From Felis catus (Eukaryota): 64,000 bases of DNA. The translations under genes and the position numbers were made by a program. The notes under the pieces are model-generated. The model had not been told where the DNA came from and searched no databases. It saw only the letters and a list, made by a program, of their open reading frames with translations. The stretch lies in NCBI RefSeq assembly GCF_018350175.1, contig NC_058379.1, positions 64,914,001 to 64,978,000 of the forward strand, given 5' to 3'. Positions 49,671 through 63,129 of the stretch are shown here, piece by piece. Each line of letters starts with the position of its first letter. Within the stretch, counting starts at the first letter, position 1.

Positions 49671-51039
49671 CAGATGACACCATTTGCCAACCCAGCATCC
49701 ATTCCTACATGCCTATTTTGCCCACTTTAACCTTCAAATAAAGTATTAGCATCATTGTGACCTGTCACAGTGCAGTTATATATCATACAATCATCAACTT
49801 TTGCTCACTCTTTGCCCAAAAAGTAGACACAAAACCCTATATGTCCTTTCATCTTTCAATAATGCCCTCCATTTTAAGACTCAGACAAAATTTCCATTAG
49901 TATCTTGTAATTTAAGCCCTGAATTATAGGTTAACCTACAATTAACATATATTAGAAATCGCAGATTGGGAAAGTGAGAGAAAAGGATAGGTAAACATGT
50001 AAAGTACATAAAAGCAAGGAAGAAAATATGCATAACTCCAAAGTTCTCCTTTCTGATGTTGATCACATATCCAGGGTTGACTTAATAATTTCCTTCTTAC
50101 ATCATACATTCCATGTTTCCTTTGTCCTCATTCAGCACCTCAGCTTTTGATGAATCTTTACCTGGCAGGGTACTCTATGACTGGTTGTCAAAAAAAAAAA
50201 AAAAAAAATGATGGTTATAGAAATTCCACTGAGGGCAGGGAAATCAAATACAAACCTAGGCTACATCTATTTTAGTAGAGATACCTTGTTACTCTTGGTG
50301 GGGAAGAGGTTCAATCTAATTACCTGTTTGAAACCACATAAGGGTTTCGTTGTTGATTTTTCTATAGGCAGGTTTGGCATTCAGCTATGTAGCAGACAGA
50401 TCAGGCTTAATGAATAAAGGCCATATTGTTGACATCATATATAACTCCACCCCTGCCACTATGGGCCCATTGTTCATGAAATCATTGAGCAACACTGAGG
50501 TATCAGGAAGGAGGCTAACTGACACAGCAGCGTAGGTCTTCTCAGCCACCTGAACTTGGGGAACCTCTTACCAGGAGTTACTATCTGGTGAGCATTTATT
50601 GGGACATAAATATCGCCATATTTTCTGTGCATTCTGTGAGACCTTTCCACCAACTTCTCCCACAGACTTTGTTATTACCAACATTCTGATCTTCTTCCTA
50701 CTAAGTCCATGACCACCTAGCTTAATCATGCCTGAATAAATGTGTATCCTTCATCATCTTTCCTATAGAAAAAGTGAACAAAGAAGTGAAATACTCAAAC
50801 TTCTGCACACTTGTAGAATTTCTCTTCACCACTATCCTCAACTACTCTCCTGAGACTGGCCATTGTACTCACTCACCCATTTTTTGGGTGGTGCTACCAT
50901 ACTGTGCAGAATTATTTATAAAGCAGGTCTATTTTATTCTTCCTTAATTGTCTGGAAGTAGAGAACTTCCCATGAAGCCATACATGTTGATTGAGGAAGA
51001 GTTATTAATGTGGCAAAAAGAAGTGCCATGAAAGTCTAG

Positions 51040-51782
51040 GTACATTGTTAAAATTGCAATGACACATTGAAGCTCCTAATATTAAGAGGTGGAATCTATT
51101 TTCCCATCTCTTGAATCTGGGATAACTTAATATCCTTGCTATCAAATAGAATGTGGCAGAAATAACTTTGTTTCGGTCCTGAAAATAGGCCTCCAGAAAT
51201 CTCACAGCTTCTACTTGTATTTCTTGGAATTCTGTAATCTCCATGTGAAAAATCCTGGGCTAGCCTGAATAAGAGATATATAATAAAGTCACCTCAAATG
51301 TTCCAGCTGATGACCTGTGAACAGCTACACGGGTGACTGAGGCCAACCTAGATCATTCAGCTGCCAGGTGACAGAAGAAGACATATGAGCAAACCCAGCA
51401 GAAAGATCAGTGAAGCTGGCCCACAGATAAAAAGACTTAAGTGATCTATAGATCGTTAGAGATGTAAGATAAATAAATAGTTGCATCTTAAACTGTTAAA
51501 TTTGGGGTTTTTTTTAGTTTTTTTAATGCTTTTATTTATTTTTGAGACAGAGAGAGACAGAGCATGAGCAGGGGAGGGGAAGAGAGAGAGGGAGACACAG
51601 AATCGGAAACAGGCTCCAGGCTCTGAGCTGTCAGCACAGAGCCCGACGCAGGACTCGAACTCACGGAGTGTGAGATCATGACCTGAGCTGAAGTCGGACG
51701 CTCAACCGACTGAACCACCCAGGCACCCCTTAAACTGTTAAATTTGGAGGTTCCTTGCTATGAAGCAAAATTAACTGAGATA
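51040..51782 (+). mobile_element. MaLR LTR (MLT1H-like) inserted in ERVL pol
   Basis: 'attaagaggtggaatctattttcccatctcttgaatctgg', 'aatagaatgtggcagaa', end 'tgctatgaagcaaaattaactgaga'. Confidence 0.8.
51508..51729 (-). mobile_element. Can-SINE
   Basis: Antisense full element; 18-bp TSD ttaaactgttaaatttgg. Confidence 0.96.
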
Positions 51783-51988
51783 GAGACATCTGGGTGGCTC
51801 AGTCTTAAGCGTCCAACTTCAGCTCAGGTCACGATTTCACAGCTCGTGGGTTCGAGCCCCATATTGGGTTCTGTGCTGACAGCTCAGAGCCTGGAACCTA
51901 CTTCAGATTCTGTGTCTCCGCCTCTCTCTGCCCCTCCCCCCACCTCTCTTTCTCAAAAATAAATAAACATTTAAAAAAATAAAAAAAT
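51783..51988 (+). mobile_element. Can-SINE
   Basis: Full element; TSD aaattaactgaga at 51768-51780 and 51989-52001. Confidence 0.95.
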
Positions 51989-54659
51989 AAATTAACTGAG
52001 AGTCTTGGTCATATACTCATATACCTCAATTATGTATTCAGAGTCTTATCAAGCCTGAACATGTATATTTTATTTCCATGTTTCTGAGTATGCCCAGATT
52101 AATGACTTTGAAAGTCACATAGTAACCAATTAAAGGTAGATCATGTCACACATAGTATCCCATGATTAAGTGTCTATCGCTGCCAGAGCCCTGTAGAAAA
52201 CAGCAGTTGCTTTCCAAAAGAATCATAGTATGTGCCCCTGTTCTCCCCCCCCAAAAAAAAATCCCAGCATAACTTTGTCCAGTTTCCTAAAGATTTGGGC
52301 ATGATTCTCCTGTTGATATTACATAGTATCCCCATCTCTTAAAGACACTTGGAGCACTACTGGATCTACTTGGTCCTATAACTCAAGAAGCAGAGCACCT
52401 CCTGCCTTCTAGAAAGCTTTATGTTTGTTTATCTGGGCCCAACTCAATACTGGTAACAGATATATGGGTCAGATTAGCATGCACTCATGTCTATCTGCTA
52501 TTCCTAGAATTCAGAGGCCCAGAGATGCTGTGCCCCTTTCTTAGAGGTGATAGGTACAAGGTGCAGGAATTTTTTCTTCACCTTGCAGGGAAATCTCAAT
52601 ATGCCCAGACCACTAAACACCTAAAAACTTCCTCAAAATGGAAGATATCTGAATTTTTACGGCCATTATTTTCCACCTTTGTGGCTTCCATATGATTTAC
52701 TAAGACATCTATCTAGGGTATTTGCTGCATTGTGATCACCATTTCTAAGCACCATAATATCATTCATGTTACAGATTAGCATCATTCCCTGTGTAATGGT
52801 GACAGAATCAAGGTCCCTGCATGCTAAATTGTGACAGAGTTGGTATCATTTGAGGTAGGACAGAGAAGCTATACTGTTATCCATGCCAAGCAAAAGCAAA
52901 CTGTTTATAGATTTTTTTTTTTTTGCTAACAGGTATAGAAGATAAAAATAATCACCAAAGCAGCAATAGCAGAATGCCAGACATCAGGGATTTAACTGGC
53001 TTGTTCAAGTGCAAAACAATAATAACAAAAACTACAACTGAAAGAGCAGTTACGTCTGATGAAGCCACTTGGTTAAGTTTACAAAAATTGACGTTTATTC
53101 TCCAAATTCTATCTCTTTTGGGCAAAGCAGGAATGTATATTCCAAATCTCTGAACATATCACTAATCTCTGAAATTTTTCCTAGTGTGTTATATTGATTA
53201 TGGTTTTCTACCAAACTACCATTTGGTTCTCATCATTGTACCTATCTTTCCAGAGGTCAGGAAGCCAACATGGAAGATTTTGCCACTTTCTAAGTGTGCT
53301 TATTCCAACTACTCATTCAGAAGCTAGGAACATAACTAGTGGTGTTTCGGGTATCACTGAACCTATTTTGAAATAGAACCTAAGCCAAAAGTCCATTATT
53401 TTACCTTTATAAACTTCTGCTTTTTACATCTGTAGACTAAAAAGACATTTTGAATCCTCTAGAATTGGCATTAATTTAGATGTCAAGAAATCACTCAGAA
53501 TTCTAGGTATTCCTCAGTGCATCATCACATTTATTGATGACCACAACTCAATCTGAGGAAGAGCAGGAGGAGGATACATGATATAAATGTTGGAGCAGAG
53601 TCCTTCTTCACTATGGTCACAAATTTTCCTTTACTTAAGAATCACAGGATCTGTGGAGTTGAGTCTGAGAATTGGGTCAGGGGCTATGACTTTCTACTGT
53701 GATTATGCCAATTCAACCTTAAACTCTTTATTCACTGGTCTAACACCTATAATCTATTTCTACATACAAACCACTATAAATTGACAAAATATTGAAATTC
53801 TTCTTGGGTATATGGAACTTTCTAATCATAAGTTATGCTTTATTCTTATCCTCCTGGGTTTTACTAGGATTTAAGTCTAATTATGGTTCTGGAAGTAAAG
53901 AAAGGTAGTCCATGGGTCTAAAAGAGAGTCTGCATTTCTTGCAAGGTGAGTGCCTGAATTAAAATCACTATGGTGTGGTCACGTAGGAAAAAAAAATAGC
54001 GATGCTTCTGCTGGCAAGGGAGGCCCAGCAGGTTTGGGGTGTTGATACTTAAATTCATTGAAATCTGCCCAGATTTCTCCTCATGATTTTCAAGTTTCCA
54101 TTCCTTCTTGGTAAATGCTGTAACTTTAATATAAGAGACCTGATAAGTCTACACATTCACTTTGAATTTCAAATTACCCACTCACAGGATTATATTTTTT
54201 ATTGGGTTTCAGAAATATTGGCCAGTGGCTACAAGATAAAGAATTCCTCAAGACTGTAACTAAAGTCATAGTCTTTGTTTCTTATCCCATTCCTTGAATA
54301 ACTAATTTAAAACCATGGTATTGAGTTTCTTTTTCCAAGCTTTACATTGCACTCAAAAGAAGCTGGCTCTATTCCACATTTCTTATACTATTTATTTCCA
54401 CCATGAAGTTTTATTACTATTACTACTATTGCTACATAGCCTACCAAAGTCTTGCCTCCTGAGGATACATAACTCCAGGAAATTAGAAGTGATAATGTAA
54501 ATAAGTGTTTTGCTACTGCATATTATGGACTATCTATGACCCATCTTCCACCTGCACTGAAGTTGTTACTGCCTCCAATTATAATCCTATGGGAGAATCA
54601 ATATGACAGTTTCATCCTTAATGTTTAATTATCCCAGAACCAATTTGAAAAAAAAAATC

Positions 54660-55150
54660 TACTAGTTAGAATTCATTCAAAAAATACAAGCCACTCTATT
54701 CCATGTATAAAGAATATATCAGGAAATAGGGGCTTATCAGAAGAACTTAGAAGCACAGTTTGGGGAAGCTGACCCTAAAGATCTTACCTGAAGCACCAAC
54801 GCAGAGAGTTTCAAGAACTTTCTGGAGAACTGTTTCAATTCTCAAAAAATCCCTCAGAAGTTTGTCCCAAATCTCTCAGTTCTCAGAAGTAAACCAAGTG
54901 ACTTCTCTACACCTCACCAAGACCTAACCTTCAGTAATTCATCTGCCCCTGAATCTGGCTGTAACAACCTCCAAAGAATAGTGACATCCCATTATTTTCT
55001 TGTTACCAAATAACATGTGAACATCTCTCACTGACAAACTTTAACTTGAAACCACAGAGAAGTCTCTCACTTCCTCTCAACAATGCAGAAGACACCATAG
55101 AAGGGGATAGCAATTATACCAAGTTTGCCACAGGCAGCCTGACACAGTAG
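54660..55150 (-). mobile_element. 5' LTR of ancient ERVL provirus
   Basis: Homologous to 49170-49670; followed on minus by PBS-like 'aaattggttctggg' (~54633-54646). Confidence 0.65.
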
Positions 55151-57266
55151 TCTATCACTTTCACATGATATACCTTTAAATCAGGAGTTAGAAAATGGAT
55201 CTCTGTATGCTAGAATTTTCACTGACTCTGCTTCATTGGTCTAAATCTTACCAAAGCATCCCCATTGAACATGGGAATTTTTCTCAGCCACTCACCTTGC
55301 CTACCTGCCTTTCCAGTCCAGCCTTGCAAAAAAGAGTCTGTTAAAAATCTGTAAAAAAAAAAAAAAAAGTTTTAAGTGTTTTAGTCATCCCAGGTGTTAG
55401 TGATGTTAATACTATTTCTATGAATTTTCTTTGTTCATTTCAAGCTAGAAAGACATTCAGAAGCTGAAAACAGAAGCTAATATTTGGAACATGGCCGAGT
55501 CACATGAGAACCTAGATTCAATTTAACTGTACTCAAGGGCATTTTTTATTTACATAGAGTTTACCTAGTATGGGATATAGGCTAAACAATTAGATTTTAA
55601 CAGATTAGATTTCCCAGGCAAGGTGTTACCAAGAATTACAATGAAATGAATTGTCTTGACTCATAACTTTACACCTCCTGATCTATCTAACTGTATTTTT
55701 CTCTTTTTCCTGAGATAATATTTATCAGAGCATATAAATAAGCCAAAGAATGAAATTTTTATTTTAGAAATAGAAGAAACCAAGAAGACTAGGGAAGATT
55801 GCTCACTTTTTAAAAAATACTTTTAGAATCATATGGATATATAACCTATTAAAAATAACATAAAATAAATACAAATAGCAGAAGAGATTTAGATTTGGGT
55901 TCAGCCAATGTTTTTCTTGTCTGTACCAATTCAATTAGTCAGTAGTGGTAGCTAAGAAAGCTGTGTTAAAAAGGATTCTGAGGTTAAGGCCTAGCTCAGG
56001 GGGGAGAAAGTAACATGATCAATTAGTAATGTCAGACCACAAGCCAGGAGGAGAGATGGTAACGCTATACGGTTGCCATATTTTTGACTAGTTATGAAAA
56101 CCTTGCTAACCAATAAAAGTTAGCACATTTGTCCATACAGTTTTCTCTAAATTATGATTTTATGTCATTCTCAAAAATCACCAGGGAGGAAAGCAGTCCA
56201 GATATTATTATTCACATTTTACAAAGGTGAACTCTGAAGCTTAGAAGTCTTCAAAGTGTGTTGAATTGCAGGTAACTTGTTGAAATGATCACTTCTAGTA
56301 AACTAATATGTGGCAGGACCCACACCAAAACACACTGTCTGGGTCACGCATCCAAGCGTTTTTCTAGTAGTCCATGTAGTATGAAGATAGCTCGTTTACT
56401 TCTTTTTAGAAGCCAAGAAGAGGCATGAAAGTGACTCTTTAAAGGTATTATAACTATGTCTCCATAGGCTAAGGTGTAATAAGTAAGACGGCATCTAACA
56501 TTGAAAAGATGTTAGAGCATCACGGGCTCATTCCTTATGTCTGTCCTTTAAGGCCAATGTATTGTTTCATGGGGACACATATAACTGAGGGCTGAGTGTT
56601 TGACCTGGTGACTAAGAGCCTCAGCTAGTTAAGAAAAGGAGGCGATTGGAGGGAGAAGAGAGAAATAGCAATGCTGACCTAGTTTGTGGGGATGGAATTA
56701 CCCAATTGAGTGTTGTAAAGTACCTTGAGAAAATGTGGTATAAACGCTAATATAACTACCAAAGCCAGCTTCATGTTGTTATGCCATGTCAAAGTTCTCA
56801 CAGTATTGATCAGACATGACTTGCCTGCCTGTCCACTTCTGTGAAGCAGCATATTAAAAACTAACTCACCACCACATCCATTTTCCCACACCTATTCCTG
56901 TTCTCCTTGAATTCACTTTTTCATCTTTTTTTCTCGGCCTTAGCTTCACACCATATTCAATTATGAAGAGATGTTTGGTCCAGTCATCAGCATTCCACAA
57001 AATGTCATTAAACCGTAACCAGGTTCCTTCTTTCTTTATGATCAGCTTTCTTTTGTGGCTGTCCTACCTAAGCACAGTAGCTAGGCTATATGCCAATGGC
57101 TATCCAAAAAATGCCAGTAAGACACTAACACCTCATAACTGTCTAGTCTTTTTATTTCTGCAAAGCAGTCTCCAAGCTACTCTCATAAAAACTATATGAG
57201 AAAGACAGGGCAGGGCTGATCACTATGGGCAGCTGAGTTAACCAATACATGAATAGCTTGATGACT

Positions 57267-57441
57267 CCCAAGTTCCTAAAAATATGAAAGGGGGCTAAAA
57301 TACTCAGCTACACAGTTAGGACAAATTAGTACAGTGCCTGATAAATCATAGACCCAAGTTCCTATAAATATGAAAGGGGGCTAAAATACTCAGCTACACA
57401 GTTAGGACAAATTAGTACAGTGCCTGATAAATCATAGACCC
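57267..57441. repeat. 86-bp tandem duplication
   Basis: Two copies (57267-57352, 57353-57438) differing at one base; ccc at the junctions. Confidence 0.95.
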
Positions 57442-57789
57442 TCAATAATATTAGATGAATTAATCTATGAATGAAAGAAATAATTAAGAAATGAAAGCAT
57501 GTGTCGGAGCTCTCAGCCCAATGCTCTTTGCACTTCATCATACTGATACTGTATTCTGTATCAGTTCTAACCTGGTAACATAGTACTTGGAGAAAAAGTG
57601 CCAGGTTAAGGTGAGTCCTGCTCCCACTTCTCCACAACTCCTTTGAGCTGAGTAGGAGAAGGTGCCAACAAGCCCCGTTCCTGTGGGATTAATGCTCTTT
57701 ATCCACAATCCCTCAAGGAATAATGGGATTAGAAAGTGACCATTATTTTCAAAGAGCATTTATTGAGGGCCAATTATAATAACTACTCA

Positions 57790-58020
57790 TATTTGAAAAT
57801 GTTTTGCCATTTGAAAAGCACTTTCCCTTCCATTAGTCCATTTGTTCCTTCTAATAATGCTCTGAAGAATGTATCATCATTATCCCACATTTTACAGATG
57901 AGGGAAATGAGCTGGAGGGAGGTTAGGTAACCTGCTCAGGATTATATAGCTCATAAATAGCAGATCTGGTCTTCAAACGAAACCTACCAACTTTGAAATC
58001 AGTGTTGCTTCTATTGCGCT
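57790..58020 (-). mobile_element. MIR
   Basis: 'attatcccacattttacagatgagggaaatgagctggagggaggttaggtaacctgctcagg'. Confidence 0.75.
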
Positions 58021-58831
58021 GTATAGTTTTCCAAAAATAGGAGAGTCATCTCTGGGATGATTTCCAGAGAAATGTAAAATTCTCCATCACCTCCATCACT
58101 TCTGTCTATACTTCCTTGAGCCCTCATACGACCACCCACCCAGACTTTCCCAGATTTATGAACAGGGCCCAAAGCAAACCCAGTAAGCAACTGGTAATAT
58201 GCAGCCCATGAACTCAACCACATTCACTTCCAATGCGTGTGTATGTGATTTAGAGGTCATCTGGTAAAATCCTTTTTCTTTTATAATGCATTTTTAGATG
58301 ACAGTGTCTTCAAGTGCTATCTTTCAAAAGTCTGTTGTATGCCAAAATGCAAAATTATATAAAAATATGGCAGAACTTAGGGAATTTAGCAGGGAGAGCA
58401 ATCTAAGGTACATGAAGGCAAGACTGAGGAATGGTAGGCTCCATTTGTGAGTTACTAACCGAAAGGAATGGATATTCCAGAAGCTTTCAGTAAGAATTAG
58501 TACACTCACTCTTTCCTGCAAAGACGACTAGGTAACTTTTTACTTACAGGCTTACAAGATGCTGCAAGATGATAATGAATGAGAATGAATGGCTTCCAAA
58601 ATTATTCAGTTAATGTCTTCCTGTTTTCCACAAGTTCATTTATTTCACATGGCTTTTTTTTTTTTTAACTAAGACAAGGTGGTTCTTATCCTTCCCACTG
58701 CAGGTGAGAGACACTAGCTCAATAGCAGTTACTTCATGCACTAGAGGATGACCCTGTTCTAAACTTTGCCAGTGTCTCTTTTTTGTTGTTGTTGGTCTGA
58801 GTTTTGTTCTGATCTGCTGTGTTTTTGTTTT

Positions 58832-59040
58832 TGTTTTTAATTTTTTTGATGCTCATTTTTGAGAGCAAGGCTGAGTGCAAGCAGGGGAGGGGCAGAGAGA
58901 GGGAAACACAGAAATTGAAGCAGGCTCCAGGCTCTGAGCTGTAAGCACAAAGCCCAAGGCAGGGCTCAAACTCACAAACCAGGAGATCATGATCTGAGCT
59001 GAAGTCGGATGCTTAATCGACTGAGCCACCCAAGTGCCCC
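58832..59040 (-). mobile_element. Can-SINE
   Basis: Antisense full element ending 'ctgagccacccaagtgcccc'; TSD-like tgtgtttt. Confidence 0.94.
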
Positions 59041-59899
59041 TGTGTTTTGTTTTTTAAAGGAAAGCTTGCTGATCAGCAAGGCCCAATGTGTCTTTCTATT
59101 TGTAACTCAAAGAATCTCAGACAACTCCTAAAGATCACATTAAGGATGTAGGTCCTCTCTCCCACCTTACCCTAAAGCTTACTGTCCATTTACTTTACAA
59201 AGAAAGTCATGAGAGGAGGAAGAAAGAATTTGGGTTTGAGACTCATCACTAGAAAAGAGATTGAGGGTTGGCTACTAACACATGGAAGTGACTAGAAGCA
59301 AATAGACCTGAAGATTACCATGTTTTTGAGGAAAATGTATTGTGAAATAAAACTGACTACTTCAGACTTAAAGCAAACTTTGAGTTCTCAAACTGGCACC
59401 ATAAGCAATAAATGATGGGCAGCCCTCAAGGAGGGCAAACTCCCCAACACCGACCTCACATATGTTCAGAGAAAATGTTCAAAAGGGAGCCACCAAAAAC
59501 AGTGCACAAAGGAATTTCTCCCAGATGCGTAATTAAGGTCTGATCCAAAACTTTCCCTTTACAAGGACTGCCCAGCAAGACTTCGTAGTTCTTGGGGAAC
59601 TTTGTAGATGGGACTTATAGTCATTATCCTGTTCCTCCTTTACAACGTATATTGGAGATGGAGGGTTGGGTTGGTGTGTCAGTGGGGTTGGGAGGGCAGA
59701 AAGCTTGTCCTTAGAGTGCATAAGTCACCAGATCATAGGGAGTCACACAGGGACCTCATGGGTAGGACGTGCATGATCCAGAGTTCCTGCATGTTGAGTT
59801 TGATGCACCTAATGGATGGATCTTTTGGGCTGACTTCCATGAGGCAGGGACAAGTGTTTTCTGGAGAACTGCAGGGATATTTGAAACCCAGAAGAGTGG

Positions 59900-60291
59900 G
59901 CTGATCGACAGAGTGTTCCATGCTCACCACTGTCCATTCCTTTCCCTTCTGTGCACATAGTGAGACTACCTATTCCAGCCACACTTGAAATGGCACAGGG
60001 CCATGCTTTGAGTTCTGGTCAGTAGAATAGAATGATGTATATCATGACCTGGCTTAGCCCATCTTCCCTGCCCACCTCCCCCCACACCCTGCAACCTGCC
60101 AACCAGAATTTAAAAATTCTAAAGCACAAAAAATGGCAAAACTACCAGATGAAAGGAATCTGGATCCTAAAATCATCATGTGGAAGGCAGCCCACTAAAC
60201 ATTGGGGTGAGAATAAATTAGCTTCTATTGTGTTAAGCCATGAAGATTTTAGGATGTCACTGTTTGGAACTTTGTGACACCTAATAATACA
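59900..60291 (+). mobile_element. MaLR LTR (MLT1J/I-like)
   Basis: 'gagttctggtcagtagaat', 'gatgaaaggaatctggatcc', 'ttctattgtgttaagccatgaagatttt', end 'ctaataataca'. Confidence 0.75.
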
Positions 60292-60767
60292 TAAAACTTT
60301 ATTTTGAATGCTGGGGAAACGGTTTGAATTTTATTCTTCTGTTTCCTGCAGCTCCTGGCACAGTTCCTGATGCAGCTTCAGCACAAAGCAGGAGATGGAC
60401 AAAAAAATATGTTTTCAATAAATACCCAAAGACATGAGTGAAGACAGCTACATTAGAATGTTGAAGGATAGGATGGGGATTCCCCCAATCAAATCAAACA
60501 GGGAAGACTCCTTAGTTGTTTCATCTGCTCAAGGGGGTTAATATCTCCTTCATAGGGATGTTCTGAGAATGAAATTATATGATAGATGAAAAGTACTTAG
60601 CACAATGCTGAGCACAAAATAAGCACTTAGTACGTTGTTCCATTATAAGCTGTGAACTCCACATAAAGTGGTTTCTTAGATACAACAAACCATGTCTTTG
60701 AGAACAGAGGGGCAGTTGTTCTCCTGAAATTAAATCCTGCATCTCATTCATGTTGTGTTATTCCAAA

Positions 60768-60815
60768 GGCTCAAGCACAATCTTTTTTTTTTTTTTTTGG
60801 CTCAAGCACAATCTT
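60768..60815 (-). mobile_element. Solo poly(A) retro-insertion with 17-bp TSD
   Basis: ggctcaagcacaatctt - T14 - ggctcaagcacaatctt. Confidence 0.8.
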
Positions 60816-62349
60816 ACACAGAGAGCTGTAGGTAACGGTGAATTGCCTTCTATGGAAAGGAAAAGGAAGAGAAATTATTTGAATTATATTAAAAAGAAAT
60901 ACAAAAGTGAGAATGTAGATAATGCTAATAAATAATGCTGTTGATTTATTTCTGTGAAATATAGTGTTGTGGTTTTGAATCAACATTAAGAAAATGTTTA
61001 CTGCTAATTTTATTGTTAATTATCAAAAACTGAGCATAAAATTGCAAAAGGTCAGAATATTGCTGTAACTAAATCTCTGTAAGGTCCAAGATAGAATAAA
61101 AATACATGGAACGACTCCATTCAAATCTCGAGTTATTGGAGGATAAACCTATGTAGATATCCATTGAACATTTCCGACTTGGGAGTATTAGGAAGGCATC
61201 TCAACACCCATCTCAAGTCCCTAGGAGTCTCCTTTATGGGCATTTAACTATAGTTAAGTAACAAGTATAAAAAGATTTATTTTTTCTAATATTTCCATAT
61301 ATTCACATTACAAATAATTTAGTTATGAAGGGTAGAGGAAAAAGCAAATTATGCTAGCAATCTCTTGAAAATTCAGTCTCAAGACTTCAAAATAAAAGTA
61401 TATTACAATAAATCAGAAAATGCTATTTATACTTACATGTGGCATTTATTACCTGTGGAATGGGATGAGAGCAATAGAACAGATCTAAATAGGATCAAAA
61501 GGATTTAAATGTTACTGACTTAAGCAACAATTTCAATTCTGCAGCTCTCTATAATGAGAGACAATGGGAATTTTCAAAAGCAACCTCATTTTGTTCTCCT
61601 GGGCAAATGAATGATCTTAGGTGTCTCTAGATGTTGGGGATGGGTAGTCCAGGCACATTTCCAAACACTCCACATTCTTTGGAGAGAAGATATTATCACT
61701 TCTCAGTGTAGAGCCTTGTTATTAATTCAGTGAATCATGGGAGAAGAGAGTTGTGGGTGGGCCTCATGTTTCTTGAGCAGCCACAGCAGGGATTCAGGGT
61801 GGAAGTCAGGCAGGGATCCAGGACCAGCAAGGCTGGGAAAGGTGGTGATAGAGAGATGATTCTGCCTTGGCTTATGTGAGGGTGTGTTGTCAAGAAAGTC
61901 TGGGCTCCAAGGCTAAGTGCCAGCATTTCAGGTTCTTTCTCTTGGCCTAACAAGGAGACAAGCACAGAGTTGATCAAAACTTGCTCCAGGAATGCACTGA
62001 GAACACTGACTCTGTCGTCTGGAACCGATTGCCCAGGGCAGGTCATCAAGATGGGAGTTCACCTGAAAGCCCAGGGTGTGGACAGTCCTGGGAGCAGACA
62101 GTCTGGAGAACTGAGGATCTGATTAACCAGGTGAACACTGGCAGACATTACATACTTGGGCAAGCAGAAGGCTGCATTTCAGAATGTCAGCTCCAAAGCA
62201 ACCAGTAGGACTAGCAGAATTGTCCAGGTCATGGAAGGTTAGCAAAAGTGACCCTACAAAAGCAGAAAATACCAAAGAAGCAATCTGATATTGGAGAAAT
62301 GTTCTCTACCTGGTTCTGTCCTTCCCCCGGAAGCTGAAGAGTCCTTGAC

Positions 62350-62630
62350 TTGTTCATTCATCCATTCATTAATTCATTATTCAATATTAAGCACCAGTTA
62401 TGTGCCTGTAATGGTCCAGACACTGGGAAATAGCAATAAAAACAAAACAAAAACACAGGCACAGCTCTGTCCTAACAGAGCTTACAGTCCACTGTTAGTG
62501 GGGGAGACAAGCAGAGATAAATTTTTTAAAAGTAAAGAAAAATGTGTGGGTTTGTCAGAGAAAATGGAGAAAAATAAAATAAGAATAGAGGTCAATAGAA
62601 TCCAAGAGTTGCTATTTTACTTAGGATGAA
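62350..62630 (-). mobile_element. L2 3' end
   Basis: 'ttcattcatccattcatt...caatattaagcaccagttatgtgcctg...agagcttacagtc'. Confidence 0.75.
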
Positions 62631-62631
62631 A

Positions 62632-63000
62632 TACATTCAGCTCCATTTCTCTGCCTGAGGATTTTCCCTCTGGAGGTAGGGAAGTATGTTCAACTCATAC
62701 ACTGGGCTGCTTAAAAGTACCAGTGACCAGAAATTTGACACCCTGGGGCAACCCTCTATCAAGGAGAGATGTAACTTGATGGATGGATGCCTGGGTTTCC
62801 TGTCCTTCTGTGGGACAGCTCTGAGGCTCATTCACACAGACCACCATGCGATTGAGCCCCATTTGCGCACAGTTTGCTAACACACACTTTACTGCTTTTT
62901 CTTCTTTCTGGCCTTTCTGCTTCCTAAATCATTTCCAAACCTAGTTACTTTCCCTCCATTTCTTTCAACACTACTTTCTGCGGGGATCCAAGTGCAAAAG
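62632..63000 (+). mobile_element. LTR16-like ERVL LTR fragment
   Basis: 'tgggacagctctgaggc', 'gattgagccccatttgcgcacag', 'cacacactttactgctttt'. Confidence 0.55.
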
Positions 63001-63129
63001 GTGACAGGAGGGTGGTAGTTCAGATGAGAAGCTGTCAGACTATTTTGAAGTTTGAAGTTGAATGTGTTGCAGAAGAATAAAAGACAAAGAGAAAAAGTTA
63101 TCTGTAATTTCACATTTAGAAGTAAATAT

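Larger units (their letters stand above)
50280..53400 (-). pseudogene. Degraded ERVL pol (RT - RNase H - integrase N-terminus)
   Basis: Minus-strand translations WRINVNFCKLNQV (53063-53104), KQFAFAWHG*QYSFSVLPQ (52850-52906), degenerate YIDD region (~52752-52775), AQ*FHEQWAHSGRGG (~50447-50490). Confidence 0.85.

Noticed and set aside
61710-62290. GC-richer stretch with short ORFs on both strands
   Set aside because: No recognisable protein or splice structure; probably an old LTR-like repeat that I cannot assign
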